Shown here: piece by piece, positions 47,839 through 61,034 of the stretch | Layout of the letters: each line of letters begins with the position of its first letter | Numbering within the stretch: position 1 is the stretch's first letter | NCBI RefSeq assembly: GCF_000143415.4 | Contig: NW_003314293.1 | Span: 1,322,431-1,386,430, forward strand | Length of the DNA stretch: 64,000 nt | Direction of reading: 5' to 3' | Source: Selaginella moellendorffii | Taxonomy: Eukaryota > Plantae > Lycopodiophyta | Made by a program: the position numbers and the translations under genes | The notes under the pieces: generated by a model | What the model was told of the DNA's origin: nothing | Databases searched by the model: none | Seen by the model: only the letters and a program-made list of their open reading frames with translations

Positions 47839-49948
47839 AAGTACATTGCATGCCACTTCTTTGCATGGTAAAAAAAACAATAAGAAAAACCAGTAAAATT
47901 ATTTATGGGAGCATAAAGTCGCTTGATTTGGATCAATATTATAAACTAGCATTGAGATTGATTTAACAGGTCTAAAATTCATAAGTGTTATTGTGCTGCA
48001 AAAGAAACACATGAGAAAAAAATAGAAGTAATAAAAAAAGCTATAAGAAAAAAGGGAAAAAAAGTAACAATAAAAAAGAAAGAAGTAACAACTACTAAGA
48101 AAAAAGAGAGAGAAGAAGTAGTAGTCATAAAAGCTGAAGTAATAAAGAAAAAAAATTAGAAGCTTTGGAAAAACATGAGAAGGAAAAAGAAATAATAAAA
48201 AAAACTAATTTGTTGCATATTGTATGCAACAACACTTGATTTTCTTAATAATAGTGTAATTCTTGTTTAGTATTGTTTAATAATATAATTGATCAATCAA
48301 AAATTTATAATTTAAAAATATAAGATTAATTTTATTGCACACCAATAAAATAGAATATACTAGAAAGTGTTTAGAAAAATTTATAATTTATAAACATGTT
48401 TGTAAACTATAAGAATAAAAACTATTAAATAGTAGAATATCCCAGAATATCTAAATATATTTTTGATGTATTTATCAACTCCCTCTCTTCAATAGAAAAA
48501 TTTTGGATGTTAAGGGCTTTCTAGTGAATAAAGTTTCCTTGCATTTTTTCTTGCTAGAGTCTGCCCAACACCCAGCACCCATAACTTATTATGAAGAGTG
48601 AAGAAGGTTGGAGATGGCTCCTCTATGCTAGATATGGCATTGCTATGTCCTCTTCTTGGCAAGAAAGAATAAGAATTCTCACTCAAGCTAAGAGTTTATT
48701 TTGTGTTTGTGGCTATTATAGGGAGAGTGTTGGCACTACTTTCATTAGCTTCAGGGTTTATAGTGAATTCTCATGTCATGAGTTTACATATCTTTTTTCT
48801 GCCATATTCATCAAGTGCAATATGTGTGATCCAAGTGAGAAAGAGAGACGTAAGGCATTTCTTTTTTCTCATATCTATCCTAGAGCAAATTACTAAGGCA
48901 TTCAAGGAGCACAAAACAATGTTTGTGAGACTGGATGTATATATTAACTATGTGAGCATTGCCGAGCAAAGGGACTTCCTCAGCAATGCAAAATGGTGCA
49001 AGGTCTTGAGTGTGAACCCATCAAATGCACAATCCAAGTAGTAAGTCTCAATTCTCACAATTTCCTCATTCCACATTCTGGATCTCAAGAGAGCACACTC
49101 TAGCCATAAGAATCTGATGTGGGAGAGGAAGAACATTGTGCTAAACTTAATGTTTTATGACTTTATGAGAGAAATGACAAGTTGTTTGGAAGCAATTGAG
49201 GAGGATTGGGTGTTGGGAATTGTGGGTATTGGAATATTTACACTTATTTCTCTGCCAGGATTTAGATGAAGTGATAGTGAAGTTCTAGGAGAAGAATTGA
49301 GTTCTGAATTAATGTGTGGTGCTCATATCAAATTTCACTGCTATTGCATCCAAGAAAGAAAGTAAAGTGGTTAATACTGATAAAAAACTTTTTTCAACTT
49401 TGAAAGGGTAGGGTGTAAGCTTTATATATAAAGAATGCTGAAAGTTATTGTGAGTATGGGATAGTTTTGGGTATTTGGGAGCTAAGATTGTATATATCTG
49501 GGAACCAATGGGGGAGCCAATGGCAATGTTATAATTTGTTTCCTTGATAAATTTAGTTACTTATCTTTTTTAGTCTAACAAGAGACAAAGTTTTCATACA
49601 CATTAGTATCCAGTTTAACTCTAGTTCAAAAAGCAATTTACTCTTTACTGTGTAAATAAATTATGTTACTACTTTCTTTTGAAGTTTTCACCTCATTAAA
49701 TAACTTAAACCTTATTTATCATTATGTTTCCAGATTCACACTATTTGGATATGAAATTTTAACAGCTAGCATAAATTTAAATAGCTATAAATATAAGCAT
49801 TTGCTCGGTAAAAATAAAAAGGAATAAGAACCACCCTAGCAAGTTCTGGCCTGTTGTTTGAAAATTTGGCTGAAGTGTCGGCGGTGTCCACGATGCGAGA
49901 GAACGCGTTCAAGCCCTAGCCAGCGTTCCAGGCGGGGGCCGATTGCCA

Positions 49949-51455
49949 ATGCCAGAGGACGATGCATATCGATTCGAGGTCACGGGGCCAAAGCGCAAGC
50001 ATTTCAACTGGTAAAGAATCTCGCCGCCCTAGCTGCATTGATCTGTTTGAAGCGATTCTTGGCGGGCTGGGTGTGTGATTTTAGCAGTAGAATCCCGTTT
50101 CGATTGATTCCAATCGCCCCGGAGAGAATTCTCAGCTACCCTAGGCTTGTCTTTGGATCATAGCCTTTCATTTGTCCCATTTTGGTGTCTCTTTCGTTCA
50201 CTTGCGTGCTAAGTGCTGATTGATAAGTAGCTAGAGTTATTTCGATGGCTAGTCTTTAGTGGATTGGTCCTCACTTCTCCATTCTTTTTTTTTGTTGTTT
50301 CGCAAAGCTTGCTTGGGCTTGAGTTCATTGTCTACTTTTTCGTTTCATTGCTGCTAAGGACTTGGTCCGGTTAGAGTTCTCGTCCTTTAAAAGCTTTTTA
50401 TCTCGATTCCTCGCGAGTTCTTACCATACATTCTTTCCAGGGATGTTCCGGACGACAAAAGAGCAATCTTGGCATGCCTTGTGTCAAGCGTGTACTCACT
50501 CCAGCACGACAGATCGAAAAACTACACAGGAACTCCGCAAGCTCTCGCTCCTCCCTGGTGGACGTCCTTCAACTACGAGCTCCTCGACGTGATCCTCGGC
50601 AATGACAAGCTCCGGATCAACGGCGCAGTGTTCGTGTGGAACTACAAAAACCACTGGAAGCCTGCCAGAGCTCCGATGGTGGTCCTGGCGCTCAGAGGCA
50701 CGGACAGCCTAACCAGCGACTACATCGTCGACTTCAAGATCGCCAACCAGGAGCTTTACAAGACAGGCAGGTTCACAGCCGCGTACAACGCTCTCCGAAA
50801 CGCCGTCGCATGGCATGGCAAGGACAACGTTTGCATCACGGGGCACTCGCTCGGAGCAGCGGTGGCGCTCTCCGCCGCTCGGATGATGGCATCGCAGGGC
50901 CAGTTCGTCGAGGCTCATCTCTTCAATCCGCCATTCTCGTCCTCGACCGCTCCATACAAGTCACTCTTTGGTGCTGAGACTTACAGCAATCTCCAAGAGG
51001 TTTACACCGTTGCAAAGGCCGGGCTCGTCAACTTACTGGTGGATGCTGCAAAGAGAAGGGAGTCCGAGGCAGAGTTTGCGGCACTTGGAAGCTGGTACCC
51101 GGACATGTATGTTCATCCCAGTGATCCGGTATGCTCGGGCTTTCTCGAGCACTTCAAGAACTATCAGTATATGCTACAGGGGAAGTACGCGAGATTGGCG
51201 ATGCCTCACGAATCCATCGGGGGCGTGCTGTGCTCCTCCAAAGCGAAGCCGCATCACCTCATCCCCTCGGCAAGGCTTCACGTCCCAGCGGATGAAGGCA
51301 AAGCTGCGAGTGCTCGAGACGCTCATTCTCTTACACAGTGGTGGTCGGATGGAGCAGTCGTTCAGGTGCAATTTGTCAACTTGACAGGTCAAGAACACTT
51401 GGATCATCCGCTGCAAATCCCGTTTGGGGGGATAAGCTACGAAGCTATGGTGTAG
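49949..51455 (+). CDS. Class-3 lipase / alpha-beta hydrolase (At4g10955-like) copy 2, intact
   Basis: MPEDDAYRFEVTGP..NW|DVPDDKRAILACLVSSVYSLQHDR..APPWWTSF..VLALRGT..ITGHSLGAAVAL..HLFNPPF..HPSDPVCS..DAHSLTQWW. Putative Ser-Asp-His triad present. Confidence 0.9.
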
Positions 51456-51946
51456 TACGCGGCAATGATTTCATGGTACATATTTTCTCTGTGCTCAAAG
51501 AACCCGAGAAAAAAGATTTTTATTTTTTCCTGTGCTAGACCAAGGTTTGAAGAGAACGCGGCGTGTTTTTGACGTTCAATCTTACTGGAAGAACGTCACA
51601 GGTGGATGTTTACCACGTCATGACTTTATAATGAACACTTTCATTGTCTTGCTCGAGCCAAAGCCTTCAAAGTAAGTTTGCTCGCGTTTGTTTTTGTTAG
51701 ATGGTTAAAGAGAGAACGAGGCCGGATAATGAGGGTTGGCGGTTTCAACTAGAGAAGCACAAGCCAGTGAGCTTCCCGAAAATGAGAATTTTTAATCGAT
51801 GAAGCGTCACTCTGCTTCCATGCTATGAGAAGGGTTTGCTCGAGGACATGGAAGGTAATCTTGTTCCATTATCAGTTCCTTTTGGGGCATCCCTTTTGCA
51901 GTAGTATAAGGTGCTTCTCGCCACTCTTCTAGGCATTGCCCTTGTG

Positions 51947-53191
51947 ATGAAGAAACGGAGAGAAGAAGCGCCTGTGTTGCTGCAAGACGACATTTTGGAG
52001 ACGGTTCTCAGCTATGTGGACCTGGCCACACTAGCGACCTCATGCTCCGCCGTTTGCAAGTCATGGAACGCCATCATCGGCGATCCATCCTTTCGCCGCC
52101 GCTGGTGCCAAAACAGTGGCCACAAGGAATCCTTGCGGCTTATGACTAGCTCCTTCGACTACGGCGAGCGTTGCCACGCCTGGGATCCATCACGGCCCCA
52201 ACGCAGCGTGGAGTTTCCGTTGCCCCACAAAACGGAAGAATTTCCTAACGCTCAAGTGGTTGCTTCCGCGGGTGGCCTGGTATGCGTCTTCAGGACGCAC
52301 AGGGGCATGGTTGATCCTGCTGATGATGTGTTTCACCTGGTGGTGGGGAATCCAGTGACCCAAGAGTGGAGCGAACTACCACCGCTCCATTGGGAGGACA
52401 GAGAAAGATGCACTTTAGCGGGAGTGATCGACTTTGCCATGTTCGTCGACAAGAATGGCTTCAAAGTCGGTCTGCACTACACCGCTGTCGACTTCTCAGG
52501 CCACTGGTGCTGCATCTACGACTCGGCAACGCGCTCCTGGTCTTCTCTCCCCAAGCTCCCGTTCTCGCCAGCCTACGTGAAAATGAAGGCGCAGCGGCTT
52601 TCAGATTACAGCGTGGACGTGGCACCCCCTGCTGTATTCCCAGGCTTGGACGATTACTTCTACGATCTCACCATCCTGGGATTTTACGACTTTGGCCGCG
52701 CCAGGTGGAGCACCGGGGAACTCGTGCGCAGCCTGAGGATTACAACAGGCCTGGAAGACAAGGTTGACCCGGATGGAGAGATCCTGCGCTGCGTCTTGCC
52801 GCTCCCGGGACTGTGCACCGCGAGGCTGTGGGAGTACAATGGCCAGCGATACTTGGCAAGTGGCTGGGTGTATGCGGGAGGCTACCGCGAGGCAGGGGAG
52901 TCCGGAGTTGATGGCTATGGCGTGTGGAAGGTTGACGACAAGGGTGGCTTGGTTGCCGTCTCTGCAAAGACCCATATATCGATCCTTCGTCAAGTGTACG
53001 CTGGGCAGCGCTCTATGGGAGCGGTTTTCCGTTGTTCTGTTCATGCAGAGGCCAATCTGGTGATCTTTTCAGAGATAGGGATCATGTTTGTTTACGACTT
53101 GAGCACAGGGGATTGGGGCGGAGTAGGGGGGCACGTAGATGAATATTCACAAGCAGTGATTTTTCGCCCGTCCCTCAGGGCACCTAGATGA
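51947..53191 (+). CDS. F-box protein copy 2
   Basis: Near-identical to copy 1, with a few substitutions. Confidence 0.88.
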   Translation: MKKRREEAPVLLQDDILETVLSYVDLATLATSCSAVCKSWNAIIGDPSFRRRWCQNSGHKESLRLMTSSFDYGERCHAWDPSRPQRSVEFPLPHKTEEFPNAQVVASAGGLVCVFRTHRGMVDPADDVFHLVVGNPVTQEWSELPPLHWEDRERCTLAGVIDFAMFVDKNGFKVGLHYTAVDFSGHWCCIYDSATRSWSSLPKLPFSPAYVKMKAQRLSDYSVDVAPPAVFPGLDDYFYDLTILGFYDFGRARWSTGELVRSLRITTGLEDKVDPDGEILRCVLPLPGLCTARLWEYNGQRYLASGWVYAGGYREAGESGVDGYGVWKVDDKGGLVAVSAKTHISILRQVYAGQRSMGAVFRCSVHAEANLVIFSEIGIMFVYDLSTGDWGGVGGHVDEYSQAVIFRPSLRAPR

Positions 53192-55812
53192 TCCAGAAAG
53201 GAGGATGAACGCCACACAAACAGGTATTGTTAATCCTAGAGTACATAAATTGCAAGATATATTACATTATTGAGATTATTGTAATAGTAGCTTAGTATAA
53301 TAAAATGTATTGAGAAGCAAAGATTAATTATAGAGTGGATAAATTTTTGCTCGTTTTTTGCATTTTATGAGTTGAATATATTTTTATTCAAAGAGTTTTA
53401 AAGATGGCACTAATTAATATTTACTAAGAAGTTTCTAGTTTATAACAATAATAGAAATTGTTGAACTTTGTGAATTTCATCAATTGATGCTATTAAATAA
53501 AGGGTAATATCGTTTTTTCACTATGCATTTTTTTGAATTTTTTTTGTAATGTTGAGTCAACCAATAGGTGTATGACATACATTAGGTTAGGGAAGAAGGT
53601 AGATATAATATTTATTTTTTTGCTTATTCAAAGAAATTTTGTGAGAGTAAAATTTTCTTTACTATAGCATGCTCCTTTCCTTAATTTTCTTTTTAGGGTA
53701 ATAAGTCCATTTCTCACATCTTTATTTAAATCTTTGTAAGTTTTTTAATTTCTTTTTTTTACTACAAAAATATTAAATCTATAAATATTCTTCAATCTCA
53801 ATATAAATCATAGATGAGAATGCTATATTTTGAAGATTTCAAAGGGGAAAGGGGATTGTAGAGATTAGCTTTTTTTAAAACATATTAAAGAAAGATTAAG
53901 CCAACTTCAAGAATAAATAAAAATTTAATCTCAAAGAAGAAAGTTAATACACTTTATCATATTACTTCTTTTCAGATAAGGGAAAATGTGAATTTTTTTT
54001 TAAAAAGAATCATTCCTTTGGTAAAAAAATACATAAATCTAAGAAAAAGAAGCTAGCATGGTAGCACCTTAGGAAACTAAAAAAAAAGGTATAATATAAA
54101 ATAGTTTAAAGATTTCTAAATTTAATTCAAATTTACACTTTCATTTTATAATCAATTTTTAACATCCTTATGATGCCCCAAGATATGGGGGAATATAATT
54201 TCTCCTTCTTTGATCCCTATTAAATTCTTTTTTGTTCACAACAATATTTGCCAATTCTGTTATTAGAACAAGTTCCAAGAGTTAATAGGATTTAATGAAT
54301 AAGTTTTTAAGCCTTCCTCACCACATAGCTATACTTTTAGTTATTAAGCAAAAGGACCATTCATTTTTTATTAAATTCCCCAATCATGTATTTAAAGTAA
54401 AGTTCTGATGAGTTATACAAAATATTCAAATAGTGCTACCCACACTTGAATTAAGAGCATTGACCATTCAATCTCCTAAAAAAGATAGAGCTAAATATTA
54501 TACATTTCAACAAATCATTCAATTTATCCATTCATGTTTATTTTAACCTTGGACTCCTTAATATTTACATCATCACCCACCATATGAAAATAACCTTTTT
54601 TGGTCATATTGGTTCTTTAGAATCTTCCTCTTATTATCCCAAAACCCCTTAATGTTTAGGAAAAAATTGCTTTGGGCTTTCACCCCACCTTCAAATATGT
54701 TTGTCCCTAGATATATCAAGCCTTGGACTCGGTCTTGGACATGGTTTCAAACTTGGTCTAAGACTTGATCCTAGACTTAATTTTAAACTTGATCTTAGAG
54801 TTGTTTTAGATTGGGTTTCGAACTCGGTCTTGGACTCTATCTCAACACTTCTATATATTACAATAATTGCCACATGTTAGTCATTCTTTTGTCTCTTTTT
54901 TTAAAATTCATTTATTAATCATTTTATACTCATTCCTCAAACATTTTTTTAGGAGTTTATTTCCACTCTCAACTTTTTAAGTCAAAACTTTTGGTCCAAT
55001 ATGATATGCTTATTGAACTTTTGCCTCAACCACTACCTCACATTCAACTTTACTTTGTGGCTTAAGGATTTATGTTTTATAAGTGTTTCATAACTAATCC
55101 AGTTTGATATATTTGATATATAACTTATATATGGCATGGCTATCAAGAAGAAGGCAGTAATCATAATGTAATATTGAGGCTTAGGGGAAAAACATATTTA
55201 AAAGCTAAAAACACCTAAGTAAGATTTTAGAGCTAAAATTCTATCACAATATTTAATTTTGTGTTTTCAATTGCTATATAGGATAAAGAGAAATTAGTGC
55301 CATAAGGTTGGGGTGTTTACCATGTAGGAGTGAGGCATAAAATTTATGGAGGTTTAAATAAAGGCACTTCTCACCCAAGTCTTTAATTCAAACCCCATAT
55401 TTATATGATAAATGGAAAATTATGAAGTAAATTTTTATGTAGATTTTATGACATTTTAGGCTATAATAGATTTGATTGTCATCACTTTTTTCAATTGCAA
55501 ATTTAGCCATTTGGAGAAAAAGGAACTCATCCTATTGTTCTATTTCATTAGTGTTCTTAAGTTTAGAAAAGAATTTAATAAAACTATACAAATAAGTAAT
55601 TTGTTGAGTTCAACTATCTATTAAGTTGCATTTTATTATAGGGTTAAAATATCTCGAGAATGGTTAAGAAAAGTAAAGAAGTTAGGAAAAACATATCAAA
55701 TTTAAAAGTATGCTATTTTTTTAAAAAGAGAAACATTCTTTCCTTATATTTCTTAGATTCTATCACAAAATTTATTCAATCAATTACAAAACTCAATTAT
55801 TATTTTATATAT

Positions 55813-58800
55813 CCTGAGGGCAAGTGTATGGCTACGATGCCGTATACTAATATTAGCATAATAGGATTTTGGTAGCTGTCAGATTAGTTTCAATCCAGAC
55901 CACTCACTTCTGTATATAAGCTAAGGTTTTTGGGTTAATTAATATGCACATTTCTATATTCCCTTTCCATATTCCATGCACTCACATTGGTGGAGGTAAA
56001 GGGCACCTTTGATTGTCCCTGAAGAGTGTTTGGATTTGAGATTTTGGTTTATATCTAGCTTTTGTATTGTTTAGATCTAACTTTTTCCATTTCCTTCCTT
56101 TTGTTCTTTCTTTTTAGGATTTTGGTTTAGATCTAGCTTTTTGCATTGTCTAAATTTATCATTTCCTTCTAGCTTTTTTCTCTTTTTTTGCTCTTTCTTT
56201 TTCATTCATTTTCATGGTAGATCAACAATCTCCTCTAACTCGAGTAGTAGTTGGTACAATTGCTTGATACTATGTGCTTGCAATTGAACAACCAAACTCA
56301 ATTGATGGCAGCATTCACGGCACGTGGTACAACTCCTGCTCTTGGTGCCAATCCTTGCATTCGGCCGGAGTTCTTTCGCGGGAATCCTAGGGATGATGTG
56401 TACCATTGGTTTAATCACTTCATGGTGATTGCCATATATCATTCTTGGGATGATACTCGCTATTTGTGTGGGTTTCCCACATGTCTCCAAGGGACGGCAT
56501 TGCAGTGGTACAATGGTTTGAGCGCAACCACTCGTGAGGATTGAGTATTCTGCAAATTGATCATGACAAACTTGTAACTGTTCTAAAGTTCCTTACTCCG
56601 AAGTGTGTGAATGATGTGCAACGCTTCTTGGGCAAGGTGCAATATCTTGGTTGTTTTGTAGATCATCTTTCTGATCACATTGCACTGTTGCGAGCGTTGC
56701 TAAAGTCATCAACATCATCTTTCATCTGGTCTCTAGATTGTGAGTGGGCGTTCAGGGATCTCAAAGAGCTATTGACGACTCCTCTGATTTTGGCATATCC
56801 TAACTACACTTAACCTTTATTTTGCGCATGGATGCTTATGACATTGATCTTGGAGGTGTGTTGATTCAAGAGAGCTCGAGTGTGCCTGGTCAGTGCCATC
56901 CCATTGTGTATATAATCCATACATTACAACCAGCGGAAATGAACTACTCCACGACAGAGAATGAGTGTTTAGTAGCAATTTAGGGTTTCAAGAAACTTCA
57001 TGCATATCTACATGGTTCTCGGACGTTACTTGAAGGTGATCATGCTGTTGTTACTTCATTATTGAAGCAGAAGAACCTAGTTAGTCATACTGCTTAATAG
57101 GCGTTGAAGCTTTAGATATATGATTTTGATGTTATTCATCGCCCTGGGAGTTCTTTGGCTGATGTTGATGCCCTTTTTCGAGCTCTTCTTTCTTCTCCAT
57201 TCTTTTCTCATGTTTCTGACGAGCCTGTTGTTCTAGCCTCTGTGGATTTTCTATACGAGGATTCTGTGCCGTTGACAGTTGTTGTACTTGACGTTCAGTG
57301 TCCACAAGGCGTAGAGCAAGATCTACCTTCTCTTGATGAGGTTCACGAGGCTCAAAAGATTGAGTTGTGGATTCGAAGACTTTAAGATGGGTTTAAGAAT
57401 CTTGCATCACTTGCTGATGACTTGCCTTTCCGGCATTTACATTCTCAATATCACCTTGAAGACGGCCTTCTTTATTTTGTGGGGACGGATCCTAATGATC
57501 ATTTACGGCTAGTGGTGCCTTCTATATTTATTCCGCGGTTTCTCTATGCCTAACATGATTCTGGTGGGCATATGGGACATCGTCGCGTAACCGAGAAGCT
57601 ACGTAGGTCTTTCTATTGGCCGGAGATATAATGTGATATTATCCGGTATGTACATAGCTGCGTTTAGTGCCAAGCTCGTAATACTCCCCTTCGGGTTGCA
57701 GAAGGACCATTGGAGTCAATTACAATTTCCCGTCTGTTTGAGTTGGTGGCATTTGATCTTATGGGACCTTTTCCACGATCGACTATTGGCAATGAGTATG
57801 TTATTATTGCTTCTGATTACTTGACTCGTTGGGTGGAAGTTGGTGCTCTTGTTAGCGCCTCTGCAACTGTTGTTGGATACTTCCTCCTCAATCGAGTGGT
57901 GTTCCAACATTCTTGTCCAGAGCGAATTCTTTCGAATAGAGGTCCTGCATTTATGGCTGAGGCATTTCATGTTTTGATGTCTCGGTTGGGGATACGCCAC
58001 ACTTTCACGAGTACTTATCATCCACAATTAAACGGTCTGGTGGAATAACTCATTTGGACATTCAAGGGGATAATTGCAAAGTATGTGAACTTTTAGCATT
58101 CGGATTGGGATAGTTATTTGCCGTCTCTTCGGTATGCATATATCACAAGGGTGCAGAGTTCTATTGGTGCTTCACCATATAAACTCCTATATGGTCATGA
58201 TCTAATATTACCAATGGAACTAGGTTTACCTTTGCGATTGCCATGAGTTGCAAATACTAGGTTGTGGGATCAGTATTTGACAAGCATTCTTCCACTTGTC
58301 CAAGCGGAGTTTGCCAAACACTTAGGCCACATACAAGTGGGACAACAACGATGGTACAACTCCCATCATCGTCCACCTGCAGAGTACAAAGTGGATGATT
58401 TGGTGTTAGTCCATTTTCCCCATCTTATGGTACGTGGTTTATCTAAAAGGCTCTTTGCATAATGGAAAGGACCATATTGGGTGTTATGGCAAGTTGGACC
58501 ACAAGTTTATGAGGTTCGGCATGATATCCAGCAGGCTGATCTTCCAGAGATTGTGTATGTGCAGCAGTTGAAACGCTTCATACAAAGGGATCAGGAGCAG
58601 TTAATACCACCTACAGATCCACCGATGCCTCCTCTTGACATTCCTCTAGATCCTGGCCTGTCTACAAGAGAACCCTAATGCTCTTCCATTATTCTAAGAG
58701 GAGGGGATGATGTGAGGGCCAAGTGTATGGCTACAATGCCGTATACTAATATTAGCATAATGGGATTTTGGTAGCCATTGGATTGGTTTCAATCCAGACC

Positions 58801-58881
58801 ACTCACTCCTGTATATAAGCTAGGGTTTTTGGGCTAATTAATATACACATTTCTGTATTCCCTTTCTATATTCCATGCACT

Positions 58882-58884
<3 letters not shown>
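55813..58884 (+). mobile_element. Second copy of the deleted Gypsy element, duplicated with the segment
   Basis: Same flanks, same internal deletion and shared stops. LTRs at ~55813-55986 and 58711-58884. Confidence 0.9.

Positions 58885-58887
<3 letters not shown>

Positions 58888-58938
<51 letters not shown>
58888..58938. repeat. (TA)n microsatellite abutting the 3' LTR
   Basis: Directly visible. Shorter than in unit 2 and without the GATA run. Confidence 0.95.
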
Positions 58939-58941
<3 letters not shown>

Positions 58942-61034
58942 TTGCATGCCACTTCTTTGCATGGTAAAAAAACAATAAGAAAAACCAGTAAAATTATTTA
59001 TGGGAGCATAAAGTCGCTTGATTTGGATCAATGTTATAAACTAGCATTGAGATTGATTTAACAGGTCTAAAATTCATAAGTGTTATTGTGCTGCAAAAGA
59101 AACACATGAGAAAAAAATAGAAGTAATAAAAAAAGCTATAAGAAAAAAGGGAAAAAAAGTAACAATAAAAAAGAAAGAAGTAACAACTACTAAGAAAAAA
59201 GAGAGAGAAGAAGTAGTAGTCATAAAAGCTGAAGTAATAAAGAAAAAAAATTAGAAGCTTTGGAAAAACATGAGAAGGAAAAAGAAATAATAAAAAAAAC
59301 TAATTTGTTGCATATTGTATGCAACAACACTTGATTTTCTTAATAATAGTGTAATTCTTGTTTAGTATTGTTTAATAATATAATTGATCAATCAAAAATT
59401 TATAATTTAAAAATATAAGATTAATTTTATTGCACACCAATAAAATAGAATATACTAGAAAGTGTTTAGAAAAATTTATAATTTATAAACATGTTTGTAA
59501 ACTATAAGAATAAAAACTATTAAATAGTAGAATATCCCAGAATATCTAAATATATTTTTGATGTATTCCCTCTCTTCAATAGAAAAATTTTGGATGTTAA
59601 GGGCTTTCTAGTGAATAAAGTTTCCTTGCATTTTTTCTTGCTAGAGTCTGCCCAACACCTAGCACCCATAACTTATTATGAAGAGTGGAGAAGGTTGGAG
59701 ATGGCTCCTCTATGCTAGATATGGCATTGCTATGTCCTCTTCTTGGCAAGAAAGAATAAGAATTCTCACTCAAGCTAAGAGTTTATTTTGTGTTTGTGGC
59801 TATTATAGGGAGAGTGTTGGCACTGCTTTCATTAGCTTCAGGGTTTATAGTGAATTCTCATGTCACGAGTTTACATATCTTTTTTCTGCCATATTCATCA
59901 AGTGCAATATGTGTGATCCAAGTGAGAAAGAGAGACGTAAGGCATTTCTTTTTTCTCATATCTATCCTAGAGCAAATTACTAAGGCATTCAAGGAGCACA
60001 AAACAATGTTTGTGAGACTGGATGTATATATTAACTATGTGAGCATTGCCGAGCAAAGGGACTTCCTCAGCAATGCAAAATGGTGCAAGGTCTTGAGTGT
60101 GAACCCATCAAATGCACAATCCAAGTAGTAAGTCTCAATTCTCACAATTTCCTCATTCCACATTCTGGATCTCAAGAGAGCACACTCTAGCCATAAGAAT
60201 CTGATGTGGGAGAGGAAGAACATTGTGCTAAACTTAATGTTTTATGACTTTATGAGAGAAATGACAAGTTGTTTGGAAGCAATTGAGGAGGATTGGGTGT
60301 TGGGAATTGTGAGTATTGGAATATTTACACTTATTTCTCTGCCAGGATCTAGATGAAGTGATAGTGAAGTTCTAGGAGAAGAATTGAGTTCTGAATTAAT
60401 GTGTGGTGCTCATATCAAATTTCACTGCTATTGCATCCAAGAAAGAAAGTAAAGTGGTTAATACTGATAAAAAACTTTTTTCAACTTTGAAAGGGTAGGG
60501 TGTAAGCTTTATATATAAAGAATGCTGAAAGTTATTGTGAGTATGGGATGGGTTTGGGTATTTGGGAGCTAGGATTGTATATATCTGGGAACCAATGGGG
60601 GAGCCAATGGCAATGTTGTAGTTTGTTTCCTTGATAAATTTAGTTACTTATCTTTTTTAGTCTAACAAGAGACAAAGTTTTCATACACATTAGTATCCAG
60701 TTTAACTCTAGTTCAAAAAGCAATTTACTCTTTACTGTGTTAATAAATTATGTTACTACTTTCTTTTGAAGTTTTAGACTCATTAAATAACATAAACCTT
60801 TATTTATCATTATGTTTCACTATTTTTTTAAAAATGGTTTAAATTTAAATAGCTATAAATATAACGAAACAAGCATTTGCTCGGTAAAGAAAAAATCCAA
60901 ATAAATAGGAATAAGAACCACCCTAGGGCCTGTTGAATTTTGGTTTGAAAATTTGGCTGAAGTGTCGGCGGTGTCCACGATGCGAGAGAACGCGTTCAAG
61001 CCCTAGCCAGCGTTCCAGGCGGGGCCGATCGCCA

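Larger units (their letters stand above)
42470..53250. repeat. Tandem segmental duplication unit 2 (AT-rich spacer + Gypsy element + lipase + F-box)
   Basis: Lipase ATGs at 39228, 49949 and 61035 (periods 10721 and 11086 bp). Gene blocks are near-identical. Confidence 0.9.

Noticed and set aside
47683-47936. ORFs with YIYIYI runs
   Set aside because: Translations of the (TA)n microsatellite.
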